A stretch of 64,000 nucleotides of DNA from Ptychomitrium polyphyllum. Taxonomy: Eukaryota. How positions within the stretch are numbered: position 1 is the stretch's first letter; each line of letters begins with the position of its first letter. The notes under the pieces are model-generated. The model saw nothing but the letters and a program-made list of their open reading frames with translations, did not search any database and was not told the origin of the DNA. Position numbers and translations under genes: made by a program. This document shows, piece by piece, positions 50,538 through 63,380 of the stretch. The stretch covers positions 4,030,001 to 4,094,000 of the forward strand of contig OZ316775.1 of NCBI GenBank assembly GCA_973851085.1. The letters run 5' to 3'.

Positions 50538-51859
50538 CAGCTCAATTTTGAGAGAAGCAGCGCTCTAAATGGCTAAATAGGCAAAAAGTTACGAGAGGAA
50601 TATGATCCTTGTCCTGCTTAACGGAGACAAGTCCAAGAGTAATTCAGACCACTGAGCTTAGCACCTCAAGTGCAACAGTACAGAAAAAGCATTCAAATAC
50701 TTGAAGCACGTTGACTCCAGATACTAGATGATCGCTTCTACAAATGATGTACCAGTCTATGGCACTATGCGACAGGTTAAGAACTTTTAGAGGTAAATAT
50801 CACTTCCAACAGCTATCTCTTAGTAAGAAGTTAGGATCGCGCGTCAACAACATGAATTCGACAACAACTGCTCTGTCTTAGGACTAAATTATATGCCAAC
50901 TCCCAGAGTCTCAACCTTGTAACGGACATACACTTATTCCTACAAACTTTCACCAACAATACATCCACAGACTCGACAATCAACCATACGAAAACAAAAA
51001 AAATTCATAGAATGTCCTTCGCCTTCCAGATCAAGATATACAGCATTAGAAGGTAAACTATCACCATAAATGCTACAAGAAGGCTTAAGACGTAAGTACG
51101 AGACTCCGTCAGGTTGTGCACGCCCGGAAACATGATGACGAACTTTAACTCTAATCAGTAACTTGGTTCATAACTACTGCGAGCGATACTTCCTTCTCAC
51201 TTCGGGAGAAACAGTTCTACTTGGCATTTCCATGGTGATCTTCACTTCCAGGATCAATACAACCTCCCTAACTGAGGATCACTTGCCAGATAGAGGAAGC
51301 GACGTAACATATGAACCATATGACCACAATGAAGCCGACAACTACAGTGGAGACATTCCTGCATATTATCAGCAACTCGATCAGAATGGCGAGGGCATAA
51401 CCAGCTCGAGGGGGCAGGTTTGGCAACATGATGACGCACTTTCACCTCCACCTTATTCAAAAACGCAGTTCGTAATAAGAAGGCTGCTCTCTTATCACTT
51501 TCAGAAGAGTTTCAACTTTGAAGATAAGCTACGCTTTCGGGAACCGAACACTACAACACACAGCATCAGAAAGTCTCCCACGTCATCGAAAAACTCCTCA
51601 CAATCCAGTCGTGATGGTCAACTGTCGCCTTCAATAAGTAGAGAGACTCGGAAATCAATGTCAACATAGAGAGCGCTACGGAGATGCAGAGAAGGAGTTG
51701 TGTTGCTGCACGAAGAAGCTCGAAATCGAACAATGACGATACGCGAAATGCAGGAAGATCACAAGCTCGTGCTTAATTTGATTGCAGACGAGTCCCGAGG
51801 CGCTCGCAGCTCATGCAGAATCCACTCTTCAATTGATACCTAGGTGACATTGATGTAAC

Positions 51860-54800
51860 ACTTTCCGGATAGTGTTAGGGTATCAGGATTCTACTCAGGC
51901 AGGTATTTTTACCAGTTGGCAAGACCACTTCGTTGTAAGCAGTCGTGGCTCCTCGTATATGGATTGCAGCAGTTGGTCAAACGTTTCCAAGCGGAAGTAC
52001 GACAAAGTGAACCCTTGGGTGTTATTCAACCCGTTCACACGGTGGACAAGTTCGCTGCTCTCAGCATGTCATAACACGTCATATGTTTACAGGTGCTTTT
52101 CTTCTGCCATGTCAGACCATTTTGTGCCGCGTCATCATTCCCTCGGTGCGGTAACGTAATCCAGGAAAATGCGCGGATTGAAAATTTGCTGCGACGGTGA
52201 ATTTGACATGGTTGTCAACTACGTAGCAATCTTGCTCAGCATGCGACGAGCGATGGTACAAGTTGCAGATGCGGTCACGGGCATCAGTTGTTCATCAATA
52301 CAATCAGAACACGAACTACAAGGCAGTATCTTTGGACTGTGAGCAAGCCATCCTTTACATTCCCTTTGCTACACAAGAGTTGAAGTAGAAATGAGCAACT
52401 TACTCATGTCCTCCACTTGTAGAATGCCGTCTTGGATTCCAAGCACACTCCACCACTAAATTCAATCCAACTCAAAATGGCAAGTAGGCCTCTGAGACTC
52501 TTCCTCATGTTGTCTCCAAAGTTTACCTCTGGTGCGTCTTCGAGCGAGGTAGGTGTGTTGAGTTTTCGGTACGAAGCGCATGAGGAAGCCGCTGTAGACG
52601 TCGACGTTGCAAAAGCTCCCTGGTACGGTTTCTCGGAATGATTTGATGTCTTTGATTAAGCTTGCGAGGTTTCGTATCGGAATGTAGGTTGCGGTCATGA
52701 AGTAGTTCCGACTTTTGATTCGCCGGTCCCAGTTGCAGTAGGCTCCGGAGGTGTCGTTGGTGTTCTGGCATCCGCCTCCAATTTGGATGTCGTTCGGAAT
52801 CCCTATCGCAGGGTGGTTTGTGAATGTGGTGAAGTTGTTGGCGTAGCCTGCTCCTGAGCGAATGAGCGAGGTTAGTGAAGCGTTTGCCATTGTACACTTC
52901 TATTCTTCGTTCTTTAGTTACTCCGCTGTATCCTCTACGATCGGAACAACTTGCATTAGTACGTGATCAAATTTCACCCCTAGACCTAGCTTTAGTAGAA
53001 CAGAGTAGATCGATGATTCCTGTTGTGAAGGTTATGGTATGCTCCAGCGGTCGACAATGCTGACCAACTGAGAATTGCAAGGGGTTCATTCGTGTTTCTG
53101 CCGTTGGAAATTTAGAGGATTTAAGTGAAATGACCTAAATTGACCTTGCGTGCGAGCAGCCTCGATGCTTGCCTTTGATGAAGCTCGAAACCGCGTATTG
53201 AATCCCTCGCCTGGCGCAGATAACGGTACACGCTTATCCATTTTGTAGATCGCCTTATCCAGCGAAGGATACCAGCGCACGTTTCTGAACTCATATATAC
53301 TCGCAAATTCGATGATCCGATCTTCTAAGCTGTCGTCGTCTCATGTCAAGCATCACAGAGTGCTTGAACAGGAACTTCAGTGTTAATGTTATGGTGGAGA
53401 TGCCGCCAAGAATGCCAAGGGAGAGCTTCGCAGCTTTGAGGTCACCGTCTTTCACTTTGAGAACGACAACTTGTGTGTCTTGAGCTGACGCCAAGACAGC
53501 AAGACGACGTACTCCTGGAGAGCGCTGCCCTTTTCAGACAGATGAGCTACCATGGGTGTGAGCTGTAGAATCAGTTCATTATAGATTTTTCAATAAAAAA
53601 ATGACAAAATTTAACATTGTAGAAGAAATTAGGTCTAATTAGGGCAAAAGAAGTTGAATTATAGTTGTTATTAAAGGAAGTAAGGGTAATTAGGTAAATG
53701 TTATGGTCCATGACACTTAAGGTCAATGCAAGAATGGATTTATAGAAAGAAAGATGAATTTTACAACTTAGATATATTTGTTGCTGATTTTAGAACTGCA
53801 ACTAAATTAAGAAGAATAGTCTAAATCTAGAGCAGTTGTTGATTTTAGAACCGCAGCTAAATTTAGAAGGATAGTCAAAATCTCAACTCTATCGGCAATA
53901 CAACTCTGTAACTAATCTTTTGCAATAATCAAATGACACCAAGGCCTAGCTGTTGTCTTTTTGGCCGTAGTTCTTGAGCTGTTGTCTTTTTGGCCGTAGT
54001 TCTTGAGTTGTGCTGAAGTGGATAACCGCAAAATCCTAACTTCCCTCGCTGCCGGTCCCTTTGTTGACTTCTTTTCTCTATTTCACTCCAGCTCAGCAGA
54101 TCACGGTGGGTTCTCCTGTGGCCGGTCTTTGCTGTGTTGGCTTTGCTTATACTTGCAGCTCTGCCAAATCCTCCGTCGTTCTCTACTCTTTGTTTCATTC
54201 CAACTCCGCAAGTTGCGGTGGATCCTCACGTGATCAATCTTTGTTCCGCTGGTTTTGCCTTCAAAAAAGTTATCAACTGGTAATTAAATAGTTCCATAGG
54301 ATAAGTTGAACACTTCTAGTGAGCTACCAAAATTAAAGTGCTTATTAAGTTTACATTTTGTAACCACTAGTCATGGTAGTTGCTAGCCACTTAATTATAT
54401 AAGATAATTGAAGCTAGACATCTCTAATTAGACTACCAAAAATAATAACCATTAAACTTGCTCACTAAAAGTTAAATAGACTAGAGATCCATCACAAATA
54501 CTATAAAACGCTTAACAGACATCAATATAAAAGAAAAACATGTGAACTAGGAATCGTTTCAATTAGTGAGACGGTATTTTAGTTCACAATAGACGCTAGT
54601 GCCTAGCATACCTGCCAGTGACAATATGGAGAATACCTGCCAGCGACAATATGGAGAATAGCAAGGCCAGTATCTGCAAGAGCATTCACCAAGTCCAGGT
54701 GCTGGATGCCGTCTTGTGCAGTTACAATCCTAGCTTTCTTATCAAAGTGCACCACAGAGGCATAGTCCTTCGTGCTCAGGAAGATCCCGTCGTCTCTGCC

Positions 54801-54968
54801 GGGGCACACGAGCTTGGTGGTAGAGTGAGAATGATTGCTGCCTATCTTGACTTTGAGGTTGTTTTTGGCAGCGTACGCTACAGGTTTGATGATCTCTTTC
54901 TCCGTTTTGGGATACAGTACAGATGCTGACTGTGATTCACTCGCAAATCTTCCGTTAGAAAGCAGCAT
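51860..54968 (-). pseudogene. L-gulonolactone/D-arabinonolactone oxidase-like (FAD-linked) pseudogene
   Basis: Fragments YPKTEKEII..HSHSTTKLVCPG (54603-54968), THGSS, LKAAKLSLGILGGISTITL (53291-53494), WYPS, CNWDRRIK and YSGFLMRFV (52462-52890), plus a decayed C-terminus (~51860-52110). Several stops and frameshifts, a 25-bp tandem duplication (54611-54660) and a ~1 kb insertion. Confidence 0.85.
53571..54599 (+). mobile_element. Putative non-autonomous Helitron-like insertion in the oxidase pseudogene
   Basis: Begins TC after A (53570) and ends CTAG before T (54600). Imperfect ~21-bp-arm hairpin 54541-54561/54567-54588 just before CTAG. No TSD seen. Internal 29-bp tandem at ~53948-54008. 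The 5' end is uncertain by ~10 bp. Confidence 0.55.
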
Positions 54969-57720
54969 CTAAATGAGGTTTTCAATGGATTTCATACATG
55001 GCTGTAATGCTAGAACTCGTCATTGAATTATTGCTTACTTTGCAAGAAAGACTGTCGAGCCACCGCCCATACGGATTCTAAATAGTGCATCCCGTGGTAT
55101 TGCAGTGTGCAATTGGAACAGATTAGTTAAGTGCAGGCATGAGCACTAACCTGGTGCAACTGGGTGTCACGAGCAGGAGCTCCACAATCCTGGACCGTCT
55201 AGTGAAGTCGTACGCGTTGAAAGTCTGAGCATAAGAATTTGATGAGCTCCTAACCAGTAGCTCAAGACTATGTGCAACTAAGTATCGGCCAGGAGTGCAG
55301 AGAGGGTCCTCAAAATTCACGACTAGGCTCTGGCCAGATCACACTGGAGTCTGAAGAGCTTGACATTGCTTTATATGTGTTTATATCGTGGACCGTACGC
55401 TTTCACTTCGATTTTGAAGATTTGCGAGCCTTCATATCTGAGTCAATAATGATGTGCAATTTTCTCGGCTCTTATACATGCGGGGCTCAAGAATTCGTCC
55501 ATATCCAACGAGCTAACTTCCTCCAGATATTTTGTTCTTGAAAGAACCTTCACCTCATTGACTCGTATATTTTTGAGGTTGGCTAAGTTCCGTTGACACT
55601 TGTTCTTTCTGATATCTCTTTGACTGACTGATGGCTACGCGTGTTGTAGGACACTTTGCACAGTACCACCGAAGTCAGAAATCGGCTGGTAGCAAAGTTC
55701 ACCCATGACTGGGCGTTTGTGAAGACAATGTCAGGCATCAACCTCTATAGATGAGCTTACATGTTTTAATCTGCAGAGTAAGTCTTCATTTCAGACACTT
55801 AATCTTGTCCTTAATTTCACACACAATTCAAGAGCATAAATGGTGAGCTCTCAACATTCAATTTATGTGTGTCCTTAATTTGTAAATAAGGCTTACATGT
55901 GTCCTTTTTGAGCTTCCAACATTCAACTTACGTGTGTACGCCTTGCAGTGCAAATGTGGCTTACATGTTTGCTTGTGGGCTCACAAAATTTAATTTAATT
56001 TGTTGGAAGTTGACCCAAAACGAACTATATCAGAGGAAACGCCTTAACTTCTATCGTGAAGTTCTTTGCCGTGGCTATTTATCTTCTCGCATGGAGCATC
56101 ACCGTATGGGTTACACTTCTGCTTGAGAAAATTCATCATTTCACATGTCGGTTGCCTTCTATTTGTTCAAATGTTTGAAGACGTGCTCACTGAAGGAAGT
56201 CAAAGGACGTCCAGCTTACTGTAAAGTACCATTTTTGTAGACTATTTTTTTTTCTTCCCGTTTCAGATGCTTTGCCAATCAGTTAGTATTCTATACGTTT
56301 TGGTGCTCATGAAGTGTGTCACATCAATGTGGTCACAGAACACACTGGTCAAGACAAATGTGGTACACGACAACTTATTTTTAACACTTTGCAGCTGAAG
56401 CTGCAATAGTGGGTGCGGTAGGTGGAGTGTTCAATGCACACTTTGTATACATAGTATGAGGCTATTCAGGAGCTCTGCGTAAACCATCCTCTCGTTAAGA
56501 ACTAATTCTAAGCTTGCTGGCAAACTGTCTCACTCTCTGACATTGACAGATTATGAAACACTAAATTATGCTGAAATAGTTTATAGAGAAACACAAGTGA
56601 AGTTCTCCAGATTAGAATAATTGAGATGCAAATTAGCTGTGATGATTCAACTTTGATTTTATTGAGTTCCTCGCTCACCGACTTCACACAATATAATTGC
56701 ATGAATCATTCTGAAAATCGGTAATACTCATACAGAGAAGTAGTACGTATGACGCACTTCCTTGCAGCCATTGCGAGTGAGTAGCAGACTCTACTCTTGA
56801 TTACAAAACGTTTAAGGGCCATGTATCTCGACCTTACAAATGATTACAATAATTGCCTCAAGGTCGTTGAGCACCTACAATGCTGCCAACAAGGACTTCC
56901 TTCGACCAGGAAAGCATTGCCAGCTTGCTACAAGATTGTGGATCTACAAGATAGTCGCTTGAGATAGATGTGGAAGCCACCTATAGGACTACATCACTCC
57001 CGGCATCTGTTTGGAGACCCCTTGTAGGTCAAAGATGGCGTTCTTAATAAATTTTGTTAGTTGAAGCGGCTGCTGGCTGGTTACAATCATCCTTCGACGT
57101 GGACGTCATAGCAATAATCATTAAACCAACCATTTAAAAGCATCTACCCCCTTTTTCTGTCTCTTATCTGCATTATTTTGGAGGTCTTATAAAACATCCT
57201 GTGACCACGGGTGGGTTCATGATCGGAAGCTAGAGTTAATGATTTTGTATCACCGTTTTCTTAAGAGCGGATTCAGAGTTGAGTATTCTCACTTGCGGAG
57301 AGAAAGAAGTCCTCCTTGGTGATCACTGTGGTCTCCAGCGTGACTTTGCGAGCTGGGCCAAAGTGGTGTTTAGTACAAGCTGTTTGTAAACCAGTCTACA
57401 AAGCCACAGATGGTCTCATGCGAAAGAGGAGTAAAGGCTGATGATGGAGTATATTTATGAGAATTTCTCCTGCCAGTCATGTGCCGGTGGAAGGGGAATT
57501 AAAGATGAACTCTGATGAATCATGTTCAGGTGACCCAGTTCGGAGAAACCGGGCTCCAGCTGTTAGAAATTGGGCGACGGGAAAGATTCACCACTTCATT
57601 AGTATTTTGATGTAGAACTGCACCGCGAACTTGAACCACAACCTTAATATACGGTCCACAGTTTAGCTTGTATCGTGCAAGAAGTGTTATATTATTATTT
57701 TGCCGGTTGTACAGGATCAA

Positions 57721-60700
57721 ATGCAAGCGAAGTTATCCCGACCGTCCACACCGATGGGGAAGTCTGGATCTGATGCATCGCTGGTGGCATGGCCGTGGGA
57801 GATTTTTGGTGCGTATAAGGTAAACTTACTGCATAATCCCGCCTTGAAGTCATTATAAAAGATTGTAACTTTAGAAATGGGTGAAGCCTCAAGAAAAATT
57901 TCTTTACATTGTTTTGTTGACGTAGATCCAGTACTTTGTAAACACTATGATCAACCTGAGCCTATGTTGTACTATGTGCTGCAGCATGTTGTTTTGATCT
58001 TTCCGATGATGCTGAAAGTGGCATACAGCAACGTGATACTGAGCGAAGAGCTGCACGACAACAACTTGTTCCATCTACTGCTGGCTTCGGCTCTTCGTTA
58101 CGTACACATTCAGCTGTGGATGACCACAACACGTTTCCAAGGCCTTGTCAAGAAACACAAGATTCAGAAGGAATGCCGCAGCTTTGAGCAGAAGGACAGA
58201 GAAGCCCACTGGTAACTCGACTATCGCTAAGCGTCCCTCCACTTTCGTTGTTTTCAGAGATTGGTGTTATGCTCTAAAACTCTTCGAATGGTCACATTAC
58301 CCTAGGAGAATCTCTAACTTCGAACAAGTTCTATTCTGAATAGGATCATTTTGCAAAAACATTTACCCACTTGGTGAATATGTTTGGGGGATGATTGGGA
58401 TGCAGGGATAATTGCATAATTCTCCAGCTTCTAGTGGCGGTCTGTATGATCTCATCACACACTAGTGGATTGAATAAGCTGCCATTGTGGAATGGAATTG
58501 GCATCATATGTCTCTTTCTGTTTCATGCTGGACCAACGGAATACATCTATTACTGGTGTCACCGAATGCTTCATGAGTCTAGCAGTTGCTTCAAATCTTT
58601 TCATTCACACCATCACGCTGCTTCAGTTCCCGAGCCCACCTCAGGTACTGAAACCATGTGAAGAAAAGACTCGCTATGAATTTAGTCGATTATAGATAAC
58701 CAATATTCTGGCAAATTAAGCTTGCACTGCATTGAAAACAATTTATAACACCTGCAAGTTGTGCACCCGCAGGTTCTGTTCTGACTTTTGCCGAACACTT
58801 GGTATTCACGGCCCTGGTTTCCATCCCATTTCTGGGGGCAGGGTTCCTCGGGGTGGCGTCCGTGGCGATGTTCTACTGCTACTGGCTTTTCTTGGATGTG
58901 GTCTCCGCAGTCGGACATTGCAACTGGGAGTTTGTGCCCAGCTGGATCTTCACACTGTTCCCGGTTCTCAAATACCTTCTTCTCACTCCAACGTATGAAA
59001 TTATACTCTCCCAGACTAGCCACACAGCAAGATTTTTCGAACATTCTACATTTTAGACACTCCATTCTAAAACCGCTAGTAGTACTGGTTCCTACTTAGG
59101 CTGGTTAACAGCAAATCTGATATAGTATGGACTAAATTATTGCAGCTATCATTCACTACATCACCAAGGACTGGAGCATAACACCAACTACGCTTTCTCT
59201 ATACCACTCTACGACTATCTTGGAGGAACCTTCAATACCACCACATGTTATAAGCACGCACTTGTGCGTCAAGGTATGTATCTCAATCTGTTTCATAACA
59301 TTCCACAACAACGTTAGTATAAATCAACCCTTGAGTTGGAAGCATGAGAATCACAAGTGCAAGAAATTAGCTCTAAATTATGAGGAAGTAGGCACCTTGT
59401 GAGGAAATAAGCAACAGATCATACATTGTATGAATCTGGCATGGTGGTGTAAAAAGAGCTTTGATTCTCAAGTTTACATTTGCTTTAATCACAATAGTGC
59501 ATATTTTCATTCCATAATGTTTGAATTTGGTGTGCTTTTCGACATTTGGCATTGATAATTTCATAAACTCTGTCAGACTCGTGACCTCAAAGATTGACGA
59601 GTGAATTGCAGGGCAGAAAGACATCCTTGCCAAACCTCCAGATCATGTGTTTCTCGTGCATGAAGTAGGGCTTGATTCAGTGTTGCACTTATCCATGGGC
59701 CTTATTGGGTTCCATACCATTCCATTTCGGCATCGGTGGTATGTGACACTCTTCATGCCGATTACCGTCCCCATAATGCTTGCAATGTGGGCCTTTGGAA
59801 CTCCATTCAATTCTTGCGAATTCATTTTCGATGATATGGTGACGTCAGAGACATGGGTCATGCCCCGCTTCGGTTTCCAGGTAATTGCATAAGAATCCAT
59901 ACTTTCCTCCTTGACACTGCCTTTGATACATCTTCCTGTGCGGTGCTAATAGAGAAATTTAGTGAAGAACAAAACAACCGCTTAGCACAGCTCGTTCATG
60001 TTCATGTTTTCAGAGGTACATTATTGGTGTTCCTGCTGGCAGTATTTCATTGGATTTAGAAGGGACAACATCAACAAGCTGATTGAGAATGCCATTGTTC
60101 AAGCCGACAAGATGGGCACTAGAGTTCTTGCCCTCGGTGCACTGAATAAAGTAAGCATCAATTACACAACATTCTAGGTCATTATTTATGTAATTCCATG
60201 ACTGCTTGGAAACTACTTCAAAAAGTGGTTCTGTTTCCACTATGTCGGTGTCTAATTATTGCCTGACGAAATCATGTTGGTTAGCAGATGGAAGAGCTCA
60301 ACGAAGGAGGGTTACTGTTCCTCAAGCGTCAACCCAACCTCCAGATGCGACTATGCCATGGCAACACACTCACAGCCGGCGTCATTCTAAACGGCCTTCC
60401 CATCGAAGTGAAGGAGATCTTCTTGACCGGCGCTACTTCAAAGTTAGGTCGTGCCGTGTCTATCTATCTTGCAACTTGCGGAGTGCGAGTTCTAGTATGT
60501 GACTCCTCTCATTTTGACTCACAATTTCATCAATCTTATTTGACTCAAAATTATTTCATGCACGCCCAAGTATTCAAACAGGTGTACGTTTTTTGTATGT
60601 CCAGATGCTGACCACTTCCGCAAATAGAGTTGCGGTGATTGTGAAGGAGTGCCCGAAGGAGTACAGTCACAACCTCATTCACGTCACCACCTACCAGGAT

Positions 60701-61400
60701 GCCCAGCATTGCAAGGTATAATTCAATACCTTCTCGCAAACCATTGCTCAAGAAAAACTAAGAGTAATTTGTTTATAATATGCAGGGTGATGAATGATTC
60801 GGTTTAACCGTGTGTAGACAAGATCTGAGCGTATGAAACATATGCATATCATCTGATCTTGCTTTTTGCTGTAGACATGGGTGTTGGGAAAGACCGCATC
60901 AGCTAAGGACCAGAAGTGGGCTTCCCCTGGAACTAAAATACACCAGTTCGTAGTTCCCACGGTGCCGGAAGTGCGGAAGGATTGCACTTACGGACGGTTG
61001 GCAGCAATGCGTCTTCCAGAGCAGGTCAAGGGCATGGACAGTTGTGAGGCAAGTTCTTTGAAATCCCTAACTGTATACTTCTAGAGACAAAGAGCAAGTC
61101 TGTATGAGAGGCTAATACAATAATTTGATGATACGCATATGTTGCATACTTCAATATTGGTTGCAGCACTCATTGGATCGAGGAGTCGTGCATGCGTGTC
61201 ATGCTGGAGGGTTGCTGCACACTCTGGAAGGCTGGACGCATCACGAAATTGGGGCCATTCCTGTAGATCATATCGAAACAGTATGGACAGCAGCCATGAA
61301 TCATGGCTTTAGGCCAGTGGATGCAGAGGGTGGATTTCTTGATTGGAATATCAGCCAGCGCCAAAATCGTCAGAAGCCTTTTGTGCTAGGCGATCATTAG
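57721..61400 (+). CDS. CER3: CER3/WAX2-like very-long-chain aldehyde/alkane biosynthesis protein (fatty acid hydroxylase + WAX2 C-terminal domain)
   Basis: Exons 57721-57819 (AWPWE), 57985-58211, 58406-58644 ([14 protein letters not shown]), 58773-58992, 59146-59273 (YHSLHH), 59611-59880, 60043-60150, 60288-60495 ([18 protein letters not shown]), 60605-60715, 60875-61048, 61167-61400 ([20 protein letters not shown], typical of CER3 rather than CER1). The frame is intact. Confidence 0.92.
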
Positions 61401-62231
61401 CTCGGCTTGTACCTGCATTACTATGTTTGAATAAGACGGACTTAATAAAATGTGATCACTGTAGGAACTTTTCACATTTAACGAAAGTAGAAACTTTTAA
61501 CCTGTTAATACTCACCTTTCTGTGTAGGATCCTTGGACGTCTATGGATTTGTTGGACTTCATTGTGATGGTAACCTAAGCTATTCACATCGACACTAAGT
61601 CGCATTGCAGCACCAAATGGTCACTTCAAACGGATAAATCGACAGCATCCCCAGCATTGATATGAAGTTGTTGACAGCAAGTTCAGCAGCAGAACAATTG
61701 CTCTGCAATACTCCGGTTACATTAAGGGCGTAGAGCTATTCATAAAACTATAACAAGGTACTCTCTATTTTTTGTTAATGTCAACTTCTGTAATAGGACT
61801 GCCTAAAATGTACTACTTTTTTAGGACAAGGGCAATTTGAAAAAGATGCACGCTTAACTCAAAATTTGCTTATGTTTAAATATAACTAAATATAGTGTAT
61901 AATTCAAAACAGAACCAAAATTTAACGATGAAACTCCATGTCAATGGACTTCAAACAACTCCTTTACCAACATTATCCTGCACCTCAAGAATTGAAGAGC
62001 ATTCCCCAAATCACTTTTGAAAGAGTTCATCCTCCAAAGAATATGCATAACTCATATTCAAATATAAAAATCTAAAATTTTGCTGTCAGCATGTGCCACG
62101 TCCACTCCAAACTGCTCTAGAAGCAATCCACATGACATGTCCGTACCGTCGAGCTTAAGCCACAAGTTCTCTATAGTCTGAAATATACTGCACATTCATG
62201 GACAAGAAGCTAAAGCAAATTAAGTACCATC

Positions 62232-63116
62232 CTAGTTGGAAATACGGTCAGCACCCTTCTGAGCGTCCCTCTTCACATCGTCAGCAGTGTCGCGGGCAGA
62301 GTCGCCAGCATCCTCAGCCTTCCTCTGCACGTCCTTTCCGACATCCTTCGCTGCGCCCGTTGCCTTGTCGGCGTTGCGCTTCACGGAGTCCCCGGCATCC
62401 TCCAGCGCATTTTGCGCCTTGTCCTGAGCGCAACACAACCCCATCCATCTCAGTAACCGACAACTCGCTTCACTCCTCACACTTCTGCTGCCCACACTCT
62501 GGGCGACCAACCACCACCTCGCTCCAAAATGCCACACCTCAAACCACCGGACCCTGGACGACCCACTCGGACACTCCGACCACACCGCACACGCCTCGCA
62601 CCCACGTCACAAAACGGCAGACACACTTACACCAAGGTTCTCCGCCTCGCCCCGAGCGTCCCTGCTCGCATTCTTCGCACTCCCCTCCACGTCCCGCCCT
62701 GCGTCCGCGGCCTTGTCGCCCAGCTTGCCGGCCTCGTTCTGCGCGTCCCGGCTCACGTCCTTCGCCTTGTCCTGCGCCTCGTCCGCCTTCCCGGACAGAT
62801 AGTCTCCAGCGTCCTCCAGCTTGCCCTTGGTGGCTCCCGCGGCGTCCTGCACCTTGTCCTTGGCGTATCCCGCGGTCTCCTTCACCTTCCCCACTGCGCC
62901 TCCCACCGCATTCTGCACCTTGTCCACCGCGTCCTCCGCGCGCACCACCACAGCGCCTCGGGCAGGCGCCCTCGCACTCACACCGGCATGGGCCACGTTC
63001 AGCCGGAACCCGCCGAGGCGGGAGGCGGACCCCAAGTGCACTTGGCTGGCGGTGGACGCCGCATTCAGAGCCTGCACTCCCGCAACGCTCACGCTCGCCA
63101 TCACGGTACTCGCCAT
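62232..63116 (-). CDS. Plastid-targeted LEA protein, copy 2 (protein identical to copy 1)
   Basis: Colinear with 45340-46224 at offset 16892; same intron (62424-62630). Confidence 0.9.
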
Positions 63117-63336
63117 TGTAGTCTACGGACGATAATCTAGGTGAGGCAAAACACTTGGAAGAATTCAGATAGAGAGTCCTACAGAACGATGAAGAGCAAA
63201 GAAAATCCTTGGCAGATGTCGATGGAGAATGGCGATGAAATGATTGGATATGGGAAGTGATATGCGACTTTGTTTCACAAGTGGCATGGATAGTGTCAGA
63301 GTGGACTCCGAAATCGAAAAGAACGTGTGCAACCTC

Positions 63337-63380
63337 GCCAAGTGTCTCGGCTGTGCAGGTATAGAAGTTACACCACGTGG
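63337..63380 (-). promoter_or_regulatory. ABRE/G-box module upstream of LEA copy 2
   Basis: GCCAAGTGTC at 63337-63346 and CCACGTGG at 63373-63380, with the same 36-nt start-to-start spacing as in copy 1. Confidence 0.65.

Noticed and set aside
55000..57500. Short ORFs between the oxidase pseudogene and CER3
   Set aside because: No motifs or coherent splice model; treated as intergenic.
59205..59255. Suspected frameshift in CER3 exon 5
   Set aside because: Recounting gives TAC GAC TAT CTT GGA GGA ACC in frame; the exon is intact.
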